The notes beneath the pieces were generated by a model that worked only from the letters and a program-made list of their open reading frames with translations, searched no databases and was not told where the DNA came from. From NCBI RefSeq assembly GCF_009914755.1, contig NC_060931.1: DNA of 64,000 nt; one strand, given 5' to 3'. Position numbers and translations under genes: made by a program. Shown piece after piece: positions 30,210 through 64,000 of this stretch (the stretch's first letter is position 1; every line of letters begins with the position of its first letter). This stretch comes from the human T2T-CHM13v2.0 reference genome, Homo sapiens.

Positions 30210-30980
30210 ACTTAGTAAGAGGGTACAGCTCAATTAGCTGGGACAGTGAGGAGGAGTAAAGGGGCTTAGGGGTGTGGAAGGGAGCTCAATGGAGAAAAGG
30301 GGTTCGTGCGTAGCAGGGGGCCCAGGCTTTCCCTCCCTGGTCACACTTCTGCCACTCAGCTCTCTTCACACCACCCACCCTAAGCCGTGCCCTCTGACCT
30401 CCCACCTGCCTGGGGCTGACCACTCTGCCTTGTCTCTTTCCATCCAGGGCCTTGGGAACTCCAAGACAGAATGGCCCGAGGCCTGGACACTCTCTGAGGA
30501 CATCTCTGCAAAGGCCCCAGCGGCCCAGGCCAGTGGGATGCGGGCTGCTGGCCCTGTCCAGACTCTCATACTGTGGGGCAGGGTTGCAGAGGCCCCTCCC
30601 TGGGTTTGCTCTGGGGTGGCAGAGAGCCATTGTGAGTCAGTTCAGTGTGGTGGGCAGCGCTGTCTTGCAGCCCAAGGAAGCCGTCCTGGAGGAGGGAGCC
30701 TGACCCTCCAGCTGGGCTTGAATGAGGAAGAGGCTAGATAGAGGCCTGGCAGTGGGGCAGGGGTGGGGACTTTGTGAGCAGCCGTGTGGCAGGTATGATA
30801 GGAAGAAGGACTGGAGGGGTAGACAGGCACTGCCATCCATAGCCTGGAAAGTGTCACCAACAGGGCAGGATTTCATCCGAGAAGTAACAGGGAGGCTGGG
30901 CACAGTAGCTCAGGCCTGTAATCTCCACGCTTTCAGAGGCTGAGGCAAGAAGATGGCTTGAGCCCAGGCGCTTGAGACTA

Positions 30981-31193
<213 letters not shown>

Positions 31194-31205
31194 TTAATTT
31201 TTTGA

Positions 31206-31451
<246 letters not shown>

Positions 31452-32021
31452 TGATTTGTAGGAGCTATTTATAGATTCTGGATACAAGTTCTTTATCAGA
31501 TATATGGTTTGTGACTATTTTCTTATAAGTCTGTGGTTTGTTTATTAATTTTTTTATTGATGACTGTTTTTAAAAATTGTGGTTAAGTATACATGACATA
31601 AAACGGATCATCTTAACCATTTTCAAATGTAAAATTCAGTGGCATTAAGTACATCCACAATATTGTGCAAATATCATCACTACCATCAACTCAAAAAGGG
31701 CAGGGCATCCAATACCCATTAAGCTGTCACTCCCCAATCTCCCATTTTCCCAGCCCTGACAATCACTAATCCACTTTCTGTCTATATGGATTTGCCTATT
31801 TGGATATTCATATTAATAGAATCAACAGTAGGTCACTTTTTGTGTTTAGCTTTTTTCACTTGGCATAATGTTTTCAAGGTTCATGCACTTTGCAGAATGT
31901 ATCAAAATTTCATTCCTCTTTAGGGTTGGATAATATTTCATTGTATGGATAGACCACAATTTGTTTATCCATTCATCCATTGGTGGATATTTGGGTGGCT
32001 TCCACCTTCTGGCTATTGTTT

Positions 32022-32025
<4 letters not shown>

Positions 32026-32058
<33 letters not shown>
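32026..32058. repeat. (GT)n microsatellite
   Basis: Uninterrupted TG run. Confidence 0.95.
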
Positions 32059-32059
<1 letters not shown>

Positions 32060-34923
32060 AGCTCCTTTAGGGTCTGACTTTTGGGTATTTTGAATAGTAC
32101 CTCTGTGAACCTTCATCTACAAGTTTTTGTGTGAACTCATGTTTTCAGTTCTCTTGGGTATATATCTAGGAGTGGAAATACTGGGTCACAGGGCAATTCT
32201 ATGCTTTTTGAGGAGCTGCCACACTGTTTTTCACGGAGGCTGCACCATTTTGGATTCCCACCAGCAACATATGAGAACTCCGATTTCTCCAGACCCTCAA
32301 CAAAATTTATCTTTCATTTTTTGATTATAGTCATCTTCATGGGTATGAAGTGGTGTCTTATTGTGGTTTTCACTTACATTTCACTAATGATTAATGATGT
32401 TGAACAGATTTTCATGTGCTTTTTGCCAATTTGTATTTTTTCCTTATAGAAATGTCTATTCAAGTCTTTTGTCAATATTTTCATTGGGTTGTTTGTCTTT
32501 TTGTTGTTCAGTTTTGAGAGTTTTTTATATATTCTGGAAACTAGATCCTTATTAGCAATATGACTTGCAAATATTTTCTGTCATTCTGTAGGGTTTATTT
32601 TCACTTTTTTGATAGTGTCTTTTAATGTATCTAAGTTTTTTTGTTTGTTTGTTTTTGAGAAGGAGTCTCGCTCTGTCGCCGCCCAGGCTGGAGGGCAGTG
32701 GTGCTATCTCAACTTACTGCAAGCTCTGCCTCCTGGGTTCACTCCATTCTCCTGCCTCAGCCTCCCAAGTAGTTGGGACTATAGGCGCCCGCTACCATGC
32801 CTGGCTAATTTTTTTTGTAGTTTTTAGTAGAAATGGGGTTTCACCGTGTTACAGAATGGTCTCATCTCCTGACCTCGTGCCCGCCCGCCTTGGCCTCCCA
32901 AAGTGCTGGGATTACAGGTATGAGCCACCGTGCCTGGCCTGTATGTAAGTTTTTTATTTGGATGAAGTTCAACCTATCTATTTTTTCTTTTGTTGCTTGT
33001 ACTTTTGGTATCATATCTAGAAAATCATTGCCAAATCCCAGGTCTTGGAGATTTACCTCTGTTTTCTTCTAAGAATTCTACAATTTTAGCTCTCACAGTT
33101 AGGTCTTTTATCCATTTTGAATTATGATGTCAGGTAAAGATACATGAGGTGGGGTAAAGGTCTAACTTTATTTTTTGGCATGTGGACATCCAGTTGTCTC
33201 AGCACCATTTGTTGAAGAGACTATTCTTTCCCCCATTGAATGATCTTGACACCTTTTTCGGAAATCAGTTGACAATAGATGTATTGGCTTTTTTTTTCTG
33301 GAACTCTATTTCATTGGTCTATATGTCTGTCCTTATGGCAGTATCATGAGGTCTTAATTACTGTAGCTTTGTAAGTAAGTTTTGAAATTGGGAAATTTGA
33401 GTCCTCCAACTTTGTTCTTTTTCAAGACTGTTTTTGGCTGAGATTCATTGCATTTGCATTTGAACTTTAGGATAAACTTGTCCATTTCTGTGAAAAATGG
33501 CAGTAGGAATTTTGATAGGGATTGCACTGAATCTGTAGATCATTTTGATGGGTATTGCCATCTTAACAAGACTGTTTTCCAGTCTATGAACATGGGACGC
33601 TTTCCCATTTATTTAGGCTTTCTTTAATCTCTTTCAACAATGTTGTGTACTTTTCAGCACACAAGTCTTGCACCTCCTTTGTTCAATTTATTCCTAAGTG
33701 TTTTATTGATTTTGAAGCTATTGCACATAGAATGGCTTTCTTAATTTTATTTTTGAATTGTTATTGCAAGTGTATAGAACAGAGTTCTTTATTATCCCCA
33801 TCTGGCACTAGCAAGCCACACTGGGGGCACAAACTGTCACCACCACAGCCACCTCTAAGGTTGACAGTGGGAGACTGTAGGCACTAAGTGAAAAGTTGCA
33901 ACATTCTCCTAACCAAAATTTAACAGGTTATTTCTTAATTAACCACTCTTTTAGTTGTTGCAGGTTTTTAAAAAAATTTCAGAGTTCCAGAAAACTTGAA
34001 TCTGACACTTTTTGCCAGCTTAATTATTGCTTTAATGGACTGATGGATTTCTGGAGGTCCTTACTCTGCTATTTTCAGTGACATCACTCTGTATGCCTTA
34101 TTTTAAAACTGCCTATCTATTTTCCCAAGTGGTTGTATCATTTTACATTCCCACCAGCTACATATGAGGGGTTACAATTAAAATGTTTAAATAGTCGGCC
34201 AGGTGCGGTGGCTCACACCTGTAATCCCAGCACTTTGGGAGGCCGAGGCGGGTGGATCACGAGGTCAGGAGATCGAGACCATCCTGGCTAACGCTGTGAA
34301 ACCCCATCTCTACTAAAAATACAAACAAATTAGCCGGGCGTGGTGGTGGGCGCCTGTAGTCCCATCTACTCAGGAGGCTGAAGCAGGAGAATGGTGTGAA
34401 CCCAGGAGGCGGAGTTTGCAGTGAGCCGAGATTGTGCCACTGCACTCCAGCCTGGGTGACAAAGTGAGACTCCGTCTCAAAAAAAAAAAAAAAAGTTTAA
34501 ATAACCAACGTGTATCTTCAAGTAATATGCTACTTCATGTGCAGAGAAAACTTTTCACTAGGCCTTGCAGCTGGCCTATATTTAGTTTTTTAAGAAACCA
34601 CCAAACTGTCTTCCAAAATGGCTATACCAATTTGCATTCCCACCAGCAATAGATGAGGATTCTTGTACATGTTTTGTTACATGTATACCTAAGTATTTCA
34701 TTTTTGGGAGAGCTGATGTAAATGGGAATGTATTTTTCACTTCAAATTCTATTTGTTCCTTGCTGATATATGGAAAAGCAATAGATGGCCGGGCGCGGTG
34801 GCTCATGCCTGTAAACCCAACACTTTGGGAGGCCGAGGCAGGCATATCATTTGAGGTCAGGAGTTCGAAACAAGCTTGGCCAACATGGTAAAACCCCGTC
34901 TGTACTAAAAATGCAAAAAATTA

Positions 34924-35289
<366 letters not shown>

Positions 35290-35552
35290 TTAGAGCCATC
35301 AAAATTAAGAAAGAAAATTATATCTACCTTTTTTATGTTACTTCAAGCACTTTCAGTTTGATAGATACAAGTGTTTTTTTTTTTGTTTTTTTTTGTTTTG
35401 TTTTTGAGACGGAGTCTTGCTCTGTTGCCCATGCTGGAGTGCAATGGTGTGATCTCAGCTCACTGCAACCTCCACCTCCTGGGTTCAAACAATTCTCCTG
35501 TCTCAGCCTCCTGAGTAACTGAGATTATGGGCACACACCACCACACCCAGCT

Positions 35553-35871
<319 letters not shown>

Positions 35872-36046
35872 TGTTTATTCATTCATTCTTTTGATGGACG
35901 CTTGGGTTGTTTCCATCTTTGGATATTATAAATAAAACTGATATGAACATTTTTATACATGTCTTAGTATGAACATATACTTTCATTTCTCTTATGCGAT
36001 ACCTAGGAATGAAGTGACTAGGTCGTACGATAGGTATGTATTTTAG

Positions 36047-36259
<213 letters not shown>

Positions 36260-36423
36260 TAGTAGAGACGGGATTTCACCATGTTAGCCAGGATGGTCTC
36301 GATCTCCTGACCTGACCTCATGATCCGCCCGCCTCGGCCTCCCAAAGTGCTAGGATTACAGGTGTGAGCCACCGCGCCTAGCTGACTCAAAATATTTTCT
36401 AATTTACCTTATGATTTTTCTAA

Positions 36424-36692
<269 letters not shown>

Positions 36693-37144
36693 TGATCCAC
36701 CCGCCTCGGCCTCCCAAAGTGCTGGGATTATAGGCGTGAGCCACCGCGCCCGGCCCGTACTGGTTATTTTTGAAGTATGTTGATTAGTTTCCACTTATTT
36801 GTGAGTTTTCCAAATATCTTTGTTATTAATTTCTGATTTCATTCCATTGTGGTCAGAAAACGTATTTTGAATTACTTCAGATTTTAACAATTTATTAAGA
36901 CATATTTTATGGCCTAGCATATAATTTATAGTGGAGAATGTTTCATGTGTACTTCAGAAGAATGTGTATCATATTGTTGTTGGGTAGGATGTTCTATAGA
37001 TGTTCGTTAGGTCTGGTTGGCATACATTCTGTTTTTTTTCTGATCTGATATCTAGTTGTTCTCTTTATTATTAAAAATGAAGGCCAGGCATGATGGCTCA
37101 CACCTGCAATCCCAGCACTTTGGGAGGCCAAGGCAGGCAGATCA

Positions 37145-37393
<249 letters not shown>

Positions 37394-37932
37394 TTATTGG
37401 TGTATTGTTTATCTTCCCTCCAATTACTGCAGTTTTTACTTCATGTACTTTGAGGCTCTGTTTTTCGGTGCATATAGGCTTACAAATGTTATATCTTCTT
37501 GAAGGATTGACCCTTTTATCATTCTATAATGTCCTTCTTTGTCTCTAGTAACATTTTTTTTGTCTTAAAGCCAATTTTTTTCTGACATTAATATAGCCAC
37601 TCTAGCTCTCTTTTGGTTACTTTCTGCATGGAATATTTTTGCATCCTTTTACTTTCAACCTATTTGTGTTTTTTAATCCATTCTGCCAATCTGTGCCTTT
37701 TAGTTAGAGACTTTAACCCATTTGATTTAATGTAATTAATCATAAGGATTTACTTCTCCCAGTCTATATGCCATTTGCCTTTTTATTCCTTGGTTCTTCC
37801 ATTATAGCCCTCCTTTTATGTTCTGTAGATACTCTCTAGTACACCATTTTAATTCCTTGTTGTTACTTTTACTATATATTTTTTAGTTCTTTGTGTTTGC
37901 CCTGGGATAACAATTAACATCTTTGTTTATAG

Positions 37933-38326
<394 letters not shown>

Positions 38327-38329
38327 TTA

Positions 38330-39780
<1,451 letters not shown>

Positions 39781-39784
39781 TCTA

Positions 39785-48975
<9,191 letters not shown>

Positions 48976-49194
48976 CTGGTTTACCATCTTAGCCTCCTGA
49001 GTAGTTGGGAACCATAGGTGCACGCCACCAAGCCCAGCTAATTTTTATATATATTTTGTAGAGTTGGGGTCTTGCTATGTTGCCTAGGCTAGTTTCAAAC
49101 TCCTGGCCTCAAGCACCTCGGCCCCCCCCAGTGTGCTGGGATTACAGGCATGAGCCACCATGCCTGGCCAAAATTTTTTTTATGTAAATCTTTC

Positions 49195-50950
<1,756 letters not shown>

Positions 50951-50952
50951 CA

Positions 50953-51352
50953 TGTATATTAGTGTCTTACTGCTACTCTAACATATGCCATATAGTGACT
51001 TAATACAAATTTATTGCCATACAGTCCTGGAAGTCAGAAGTCCAAAGTCAGTCTGTCTGAAATCAAGATGTCACAGATTCGCCTTCTGGAGGCTCTTGGG
51101 GGAGATGCTTGCCTTTTTTCACTTCTAGGTGCTGCCTGAGTTCCTTGGCTCATGGCCTCTTCCTCCATCATTAAATGCAACAGTGCAGCATCATCAAATT
51201 CCACCCCCTTTGCTCTGGCACTTATCTCTGCTTCCATTATCACATCTCTTTTTCTGACTCTGACCCTCCTGCCTCCCCCCTTATGAGAAACTTTGCAGTG
51301 GGACCTATCCAGATAATCCAGGATAATTTCTCCACCTCAAGATCCTTAATTT
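50953..51352 (-). mobile_element. MLT1 (MaLR) LTR, MLT1C/D-like
   Basis: CAAATTTATTGCCATACAGTCCTGGAAGTCAGAAGTCCAAA; TTCCTTGGCTCATGGCCTCTTCCTCCATC; GATAATCCAGGATAAT. Confidence 0.75.
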
Positions 51353-52164
51353 AGGCTGGGTCCAGTGGCTCACGACTCTAATCCCAGCACTTTGGGAGGC
51401 CGAGGCGGGCAGATCTCTTGAGCTTGGCAGTTTGAGACCAGCTTGGCCAACGTGGTAGAACCCCGTCTCTACTCAAAACACAAATTTAGGTGGTTTGTCT
51501 TTTTACTTCCTTGGTGCTTTGAAACAGAAAGTTTTTGGCCAAGTGGGGTGGCTTATGCCTGTAATCCCAGTGCTTTGGTAGGCTGAGGTGGGAGGATCAC
51601 TTTGAGGTCAGTAGTTCAAGACCAGCCTGGACAATATAGTGAGACCCCCCCTCCGTCTTTTCAAAAAATCAAAAAAATTAGCTGGGCATGGTAGCACATG
51701 CCAATATACCTGATGATGTCCCAGCTAGGCAGGAAGATCACTTGAGCCCAGGAGTTCAAGGTTTCAGGGAGCCATGATTGTTTCACTGCACTTCATCCTG
51801 GGCAACAGAATAGGACCCTGTCTCAGGGGCTGGGTACGGTGGCTCACGCCTGTAATCCCAGCACTCTGGGGGGCTGTGGTGGGTGGGTCATGAGGTCAAG
51901 AGTTCGAGACCAGCCTGGCCAACATGGTGAAACCCCACCTTTACTAAAAATACAAAAATTAGCCAGGCGTGGTGGTGCGCGCCTGTAATCCCAGCTACTC
52001 AGGAGGCTGAGGCAGGAGAATCACTTGAACCTAGTAGACAGAGGTTGCAGTGAGCTGAGATTGTGCCATTGCACGCCAGCCTGGATGACAGAGCAAAACT
52101 CCGTGTCAAAAACAAAAAGACAAAAAAACCCTGTCCTTACAAAGAAAGAACAAAGGAAAAAAGA

Positions 52165-55230
<3,066 letters not shown>

Positions 55231-56339
55231 GAGTTTTGATGAGTTCGTGAATATTGTGATGTTATGCTGTTTTTGTTCCATCCATGGCAATTTTATGAGG
55301 CAGATATGACTCCCCCAACTTTATGGATGAGGAAAGTGCAGCTCGGATAGAAGGCCACACTGTGGGTGGAACTCCTAGGAAGCTGGTATGACAGAGAGGA
55401 CATGGCCTTACCCTAAGGGGAGAAACATAGGCATGCTTTGCAAAAGGTCTGAGGGAAGACACAAGGAGCTCCCCCGAAAAGTAAGTCTGATGAGGGAGTT
55501 ACACCCATGCTTTGGAAAGTCTAATCTGAGGGGGACGTGGACCCTTCCATGTGAAGACCCAATCAGAGGGGGAAGCTGTGACCCTTTCTTGGGCACTGTG
55601 ACCTGAGGAGAGATGTGATCCCACTTAGAAAACCCCCATTCATCAGGCCTCCCTTGATCAGTGGAGGTCAGCAGCCATGGGCCTGGGTCCTAAGGCACCT
55701 TCAGCTCTCGGGAGGACCTGCCAGCACAGGGCACAAGGCCACATCTGTCTGCAGGAAGCTGCTACTCAGACAGGGCCAGAAGGGATGCCAGGCACAGAGC
55801 CAGAATCCCAAAGCACCCAGCCTGGGCTTTGCCCACAGCTGGGACCCAGAGCCATCAAATGACTATGAGAGTGCCTAGTCAGTGGGTGCTTATTCATATC
55901 TGCTGGGTGGTAGTGCCTCCAGTTCTGCAGTCCTCTCTTCCTGTAGCTGGGGCCTCTTGTTCTCTCACCTGTGGGTTCAGCTTCACTCCAGGCTCAAAGA
56001 CCAGGAGGCCTCCCAGAGATTAGGAGGGATTTAAGCATTTTTTTTAAGAGGGACAGGGTCTTGCTCTGTTGTGCAGGCTGGAGTGCAGTGGTGCCATCAT
56101 AGTTCACTGCAGCTTCCAACTCCTGGGTTCAAGCGATCCTCCCACCTCAGCCTCCAAGTAGCTGAGACTACAGGTATGCACCACCACTCCTGGCTAATTT
56201 TTAAATTTATTAAAGAGATGGGGTCTTGCTATGTTGCCCAGGCTGGTCTGAAACTCCTATTGGGCTCAAGTAATCCCCCGACCTCAGCCTCCCAAAGTGC
56301 TGGGATTACAGGCATGAGCCACTGCACCCAGCCCAAAAA

Positions 56340-56815
<476 letters not shown>

Positions 56816-57581
56816 AAAAGCAATACATTCAAAATTGTGTAAGGATATGGGGTTGGCTGTAGAATCGGGATCTTTGCTGACTAATGGAAGGTGGGGTGGA
56901 CCTCAAAAATCCAGTTACTCAACTACCTGATTTGCCAGTGGAGCTGGCCCTGGTTCTTGTCCGTGGGACAGGGTGAGTCAGGGGATTGAATTGGGGGTTC
57001 TCTGGACTCAGGGCCTAGGGCTTCCTCCAATACCTTCCACGGCCTCCCTGGCCACCCCATCCCATGGCATTGCCTTCCCTTTGAAAGTTTGTCCCATGGG
57101 TGACAAATTGGATTCATGACCTTTCAGCATTCTGCTCCTACCCTGCCCTGCCTGGTCAGTTGGTCTGGACCCCCAGGGATCTTCCTCCTGCCAAGCCAGT
57201 GACCTGGGTGGACCCAGCTTGGGTGGAGAGATGAGATGTTTGGTTCTCTGAGCAGGAAGGGTCAGGAAATTGAGTCTGACACCTGGCAAGGCCCACAGCC
57301 TGTGCAGTGAGTCGGGAAGGCCGGCCCATGCTCCCAGCCAGGCTTCTCCAGGCCAGCCCCTCGCAGGGGTCCTGGCGGTGGCCAGAAGTGGGCACACCTG
57401 GGGAACCGTGAGTGGCAGGCTGCCCGTGGATAATGGAAAAGTCCAGGCATCGATTATGGAGGGCCTGACAGGTCTGTGTTCATGTTAACAATAGGAGAGG
57501 CATTTGTGAGCCAGAGGTGGTGGGATTCCCAGCGGCTGCCTTGGAACACACGCGTGGCTGCCTCTGGAGCCTTTTGCCACC

Positions 57582-57935
57582 ATGCTGCCAACAAGACCCC
57601 CAAACACCCTTGCCTCAGGCGTCTCCACCAACCTCATCCTCCCCTCTCCTGACAGCTCTCCACAGGCCAAACCACTAGACCCAATGTCCCCCTTCCACCT
57701 TTCCAGTGTAATTCTTTGCAGACCCTCTGCCTGGCCCTGCCTCCGCTCCTCATCACCCCCAGCGGCTCAGGGCTCCTTTGTGTCTGCTCAGGAAGGCCCT
57801 TACAATCCTTCCTGGCTGTGGCCAGGGCCTTGCTTTGTTTCTGAATTGGGAGGGCCTATCCCCAAGCACTGGCTTGGAAACTCCTATCCCATCTGCTGCC
57901 TGGGTTCTGCCTGGTTCTTCACTCACATTAGCTAA
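57582..57935 (+). other. 117-codon single-exon ORF in non-repeat sequence, no recognisable homology; coding status unknown
   Basis: GCCACC-ATG context; no domain recognised; Pro/Ser-rich, as expected for GC-rich non-coding DNA. Confidence 0.2.
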
Positions 57936-58035
57936 GCTTGGGGGGGCCACTGGGTCCCCTTCCTGTCTATTGTCTTGTGGAGAGCCAGATGCTCTTCAGG
58001 GACCCTGACTGGTTGGGGGAGGCTGCTGGGACTGA

Positions 58036-59350
<1,315 letters not shown>

Positions 59351-62300
59351 TCCAGTCTCCAGGTGGCTCTCCTGCCATCACTAAATACTTCTTAATAACC
59401 AGGCATGGGTCTGGACGGAGAGGTGACCCTAGATGATGGATGGATGTGGCCAGGTTGCAGGTCCTGGCTGCCTTGTGGAGCACGTCTGCCTGTGAGCTGG
59501 GACTCTTTCCTTGCATGGCAATGACAGCAAATGGCAGAGGTCTGTGCTGACTGGCTTGGCACCTGCAGCCAATGCCTGCGGATCTGTGGGTGGCTCATCA
59601 TCAGGGCCACCTGGCTCATGGAGGCCCAGGAGCCTTGTCCCCCTTACTTCAGATCTCAAAGAAATCAGGAAATTCCAGTAGGAGGGAAGAGCTGAAAGCA
59701 AAATCAGTGTTTCAGCTGTGCCATAGACTCAGGGTGGCCTCCAAAAGTCACTGCCTCCTCTTCAGGCCTCCCTTTCTCATCTCTAAGATGAAAAGAGCAG
59801 CACTTCCTCACGTCCACGGAGAGTGCAACAGGGTGCAAGGCATGTCCACAGGCTCCTGTCCCCTGAGGGAGGACTTCCCAGCAGGGCTTCCATCTCAGAC
59901 CACCTGGGAGCATTTCCAGCCTCCACCTCTCAGCAGCCCTGAGACCCTGAGGAAGTCACTCACTGTTTCTGCTGAGCGCCAGCTTCCTCATCTATCGACA
60001 GGGGATAAACAATAGGCTCCACCACTTAATCTACCACATAAAGGCATCTTAAACGGTAGGTTATTATTATTATTTTTAGATAGAGTCTTGCTCTGTTGCC
60101 CAGGCTAGAGTGCAGTGTTGCAATCATAGCTCACTGCAGCGTCAACCTCCTGGGCTTAAGTTAAGGGGTAGAGTCTATGCAGATTACCTGAGCTCATTCA
60201 CATATAGCACTTGGTTTCTTTTTCTTTTTTTTTTTTTTTTTTGGTGGCAGGGTCTCACTGTGTCACCCAGGCTGGAGTGCCATGGTACAGTCTCGGCTCA
60301 CTGCAATGTCCGCCTCCCAGTTCAAGCAATTCTCCTGCCTCAGCCTCCCAAGTAACTGGGATTACAGGCATCTGCCACCACACCTGGCTGATTTTTGTAT
60401 TTTTGGTAGAGATGGGATTTCACCATGTTGGCCAGGCTGGCCTCGAACTCCTGACCTCAAGTGATCCTCCTGCTTAGCCTCCCAAAGTGCTGGGATTACA
60501 GGTGTGAGCCACCGTGCCAGGCCCAGCACTTGGTTTCAATTCTCACTTGTGAGCAGGTAGGCAGGGGTGGTATAGCCCCACTTTTCAGAGGGAGGCACAG
60601 AACTGGCAGGGGTGGGGTGGATTCGGGGAGAATTGCCTGAGGTCATCTAGTCTGAAATGACAGCGCAGGGATTCGGGGCCAGGCTGCGGGCCTCCTGGTT
60701 CCTTTTTTAACCTCCTGCTGCTTTGGGACTGTGTACCACATTTCAAGGGGGCACACAGGGACACTGAGGCCCAGCCCCTGCCCTGGAGCCATGGCTGGGC
60801 CAGGTAAGGGGAAGGTTAGGCTCATGGCAGCAGAGTGGGGCTGGGAGGGAGAGAGTAACTCCAGGCCTGGCAACAGGACTTGGCAGAATGTCCTTGAGGA
60901 GTTCAAGGGCAAGAATGTTGGGAAGGGCTGGGCTGAGGTGGGTGTCAGGGAACCAGGAGGCCTTGGAAAACCAGAGAAGAGGAAGAAGGGGGTCACAGGA
61001 GAGGGTATCTGATCAGGCAAGTGTTGGAGACCTGAGAAGGCACCGTGTGGGGTTGAGGCTCTAAGAGCATGAACGCCTGGCTGGTAAATAAGGATCTTGG
61101 AGGCTGTGCATGATGGCTCACACCTGTAATCTCAGCAGTTTGGGAGGCCAACGCAGGTGGATCACTTAAGCACTAGGAGTTGAGACCAGCCTGGGCAACA
61201 TGGTGAAACCCTGTCTCTCCAGAAAAAAAAAAAATTAGCTGGGTATGGTGGCACATGCCTGTAGTTCCTACTACTCAGGAGGCTGAAGTGAGAAGATGGC
61301 TTGAGCCCAGGAGTTCGAGACTGCAGTGAGCTATGATTGTGCCACTGCACTCCAGCCTGGGTGACAGAGAGCGAGACCTTGTCTAACATCAGGATTCTTG
61401 GCATCAGGTCTGCCAGGAGAGCCACCCTCCTGTGCCACAGTCATGCCTGCCTCACCTTCATCTAGAGCTGCCCCAGACACTTTATGTCATAGTGGAGAAA
61501 CTGAGGCTCAGGTTTGGCAACTGCCCAAGGTGCACAGTGAAAGCAGAGCTGGGAGGATTCAAGGTTCATCCGACGCCCCTGAGATGTGCACAGAAGCCCC
61601 CTGTCTCCATCCACTCCCCCCAGGGCCCATGGGGGAAGGCTGGACGATGATCTGGGGAGGAGATGGAAAACAAGATGAGCAGCTGCTCAGCCAGTCAGCC
61701 GCCTGCGGGCCAGGGCTGCCAGCCACCCCCAGCCCAGCCTGCTTCTGCCAGGGCCTGGTGCCTGCTGTACCAAGGGTAGCTAGAACGCCCGGCTCACCAG
61801 GCCACCGCCCTCTCTTCCCATGGTCCAGGCACAACTCCCACACCAGTGGGCCTCGGTGCCTGGAGCACCGTCCATAAGCGAGCCCTGGGTCCATGCCAGC
61901 TGCAGCTAGCCACGGGGCTGAGCAGGCAGCTGGCGTCTGGACACGGAGCCTCATTGAGCAGGGGGTGCGAGGCCTCTGGGGCTGCCTCTGGGGCCAGGGT
62001 TGGGCTCAGGCCTGGCATCTGGGCTTGGCTCCCCTGCTGCCCACCACCCACCAAGAGGTGAGGAGAAGCAGATGAGACCTAAGGTAGGAGATGGGAGCTG
62101 GCAGTAAGTGGGTGTTTTAGGGGAGACTTTCCAGGTGAGAGGAGGCAAGTGGAGGTCCATATACCCAAGTATCTCCCACTGGGTGTCCCCAGTCACTCAC
62201 CCTCTGCAAGCCTCCCCCGATCCTCTGGGTGTCTCATCTCAGCAGGTGAAACCGACAGTCTCCCCAGAGTCCAGGCAGCCCTCTATAACCACCCCCTTGA

Positions 62301-62362
62301 CTTTCAGTTCCACTCCATCATGAAATTTGGTTCACAATTTTCCTGACAAGCTGCGCTCTTGT

Positions 62363-62488
62363 GCTCTCTCTCTCTCGCTCACTCTCTCTCGCTCTCTCTC
62401 TCTTGCTGTCTCTCTCGCTCTCTTGCTGTCTCTCTTTCTCACTCGCTCTCTCTTGCTGTCTCTCTCGCTTTTGCTCTCGCTCTCACTC
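62363..62488. repeat. Interrupted (CT)n microsatellite
   Basis: CT run with recurring CTCTCTTGCTGTCTCTCT subunits. Confidence 0.9.
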
Positions 62489-63083
62489 TGTAGCCACATG
62501 ACAGTGTTTAATCACAGACCTCTCCATCCCTTACTGGGATTATTGCACCAGCCTCTGCCAGAATTCCCTGACCCCAGGCTCGCCCTGCTTCTCTAAACTT
62601 CTCGGCAGTCAGGGTGAGCTTGCAAAAGTGGCAAGTCCAACCGTATGACTGTGTCCCTTTAGCCTGACGCCCTTCCCCAGCTCCCTATATAATGCAGAGA
62701 AAGTTCCAGCTCCTTAGCCGCGTAGTCAAGGTTCCTGGAGTCCTGGCCCCTAAGGCATTGGTGCTCTCTGGTTCCCTCTCCCTGTGCACCTCACCTGCCT
62801 TCCAGGTGAGGTGATTCCTGGAAAGTCTTGGCCGTTTGGCAGTGCCCCTGCAGCCCAGGCCTGAATAGCCTTCTCTCAAGATTTGGCCAAAACATCCCCA
62901 TCTCCATGAAGTGTCCACACTGCCTCCCCACTTTCTCCCAGCCTGGGGGAGTTGACCACCCCCTCGAGGCTGCCCCACTTAGGCTGCTGTGCACCAATGT
63001 GACACTGGTGTGACATTGACTGTTACACTGGGGGCACCGATTTGGGTCTTAGCCTGTCTTCTCCACCAATATAAAACCTCCTA

Positions 63084-63707
<624 letters not shown>

Positions 63708-64000
63708 TCATCAGCCTGGTTTCCTTTTTTCTGTGGCCCCATTGTCCAACATTGGTCTAACGGGGCCCTGGGGACACATTCATTCATTTCTCCACTCCAT
63801 ACTTTTGAGGTATTTTTGAAGATTAGACGCATTGTCAGGCAGGACAGCCATGCCCCAAACCACAGAGTCCGGGGGCAGCTGATGGGACCTGGGAGGCAAG
63901 GAGAGGCACGGGTTATCGGTGTCTGATGGAGGCAACCCGGCTCCTGCCCCCAGGGAAGCCTGCTCTGGGGCAGCCTAGAGCATAGGATGGTGTGGGCTGG

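Overview
Human genomic DNA; a human-lineage AluYb8 at ~35.6 kb supports the species call. The window is very Alu-dense, non-coding and intergenic-looking, and no protein-coding exon is recognisable. Almost all ORFs in the supplied track are Alu-, L1- or low-complexity-derived. Layout: (i) 1-11.3 kb is an Alu/L1/MIR/L2/LTR mosaic. (ii) A single CpG-island promoter at ~11.4-12.7 kb carries an overlapping ETS/CRE element and a GC box, and appears to drive a short spliced, polyadenylated lncRNA (donor after 11922, terminal exon from 15222, AATAAA 15336). (iii) A fossil L1 ORF2 lies at 17.3-20.5 kb. (iv) A GC-rich, mostly unique block at 21.9-30.9 kb has splice and polyA signals for a possible minus-strand lncRNA plus a strong G-quadruplex tract. 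(v) 31.4-55.2 kb holds old L1M fossils riddled with Alus and DNA transposons. (vi) A second GC-rich unique block at 55.3-64 kb has a Kozak-led 117-codon ORF and a C/T-rich array containing clustered PRDM9 motifs. I cannot support a new multi-gene system. The best-supported novelties are genome-rearrangement scars: a chimeric AluYb8, a locally templated inverted insertion, an inverted-Alu deletion junction, and repeated insertion at the same target sites. Repeat subfamily calls and boundaries were made by eye and are approximate.
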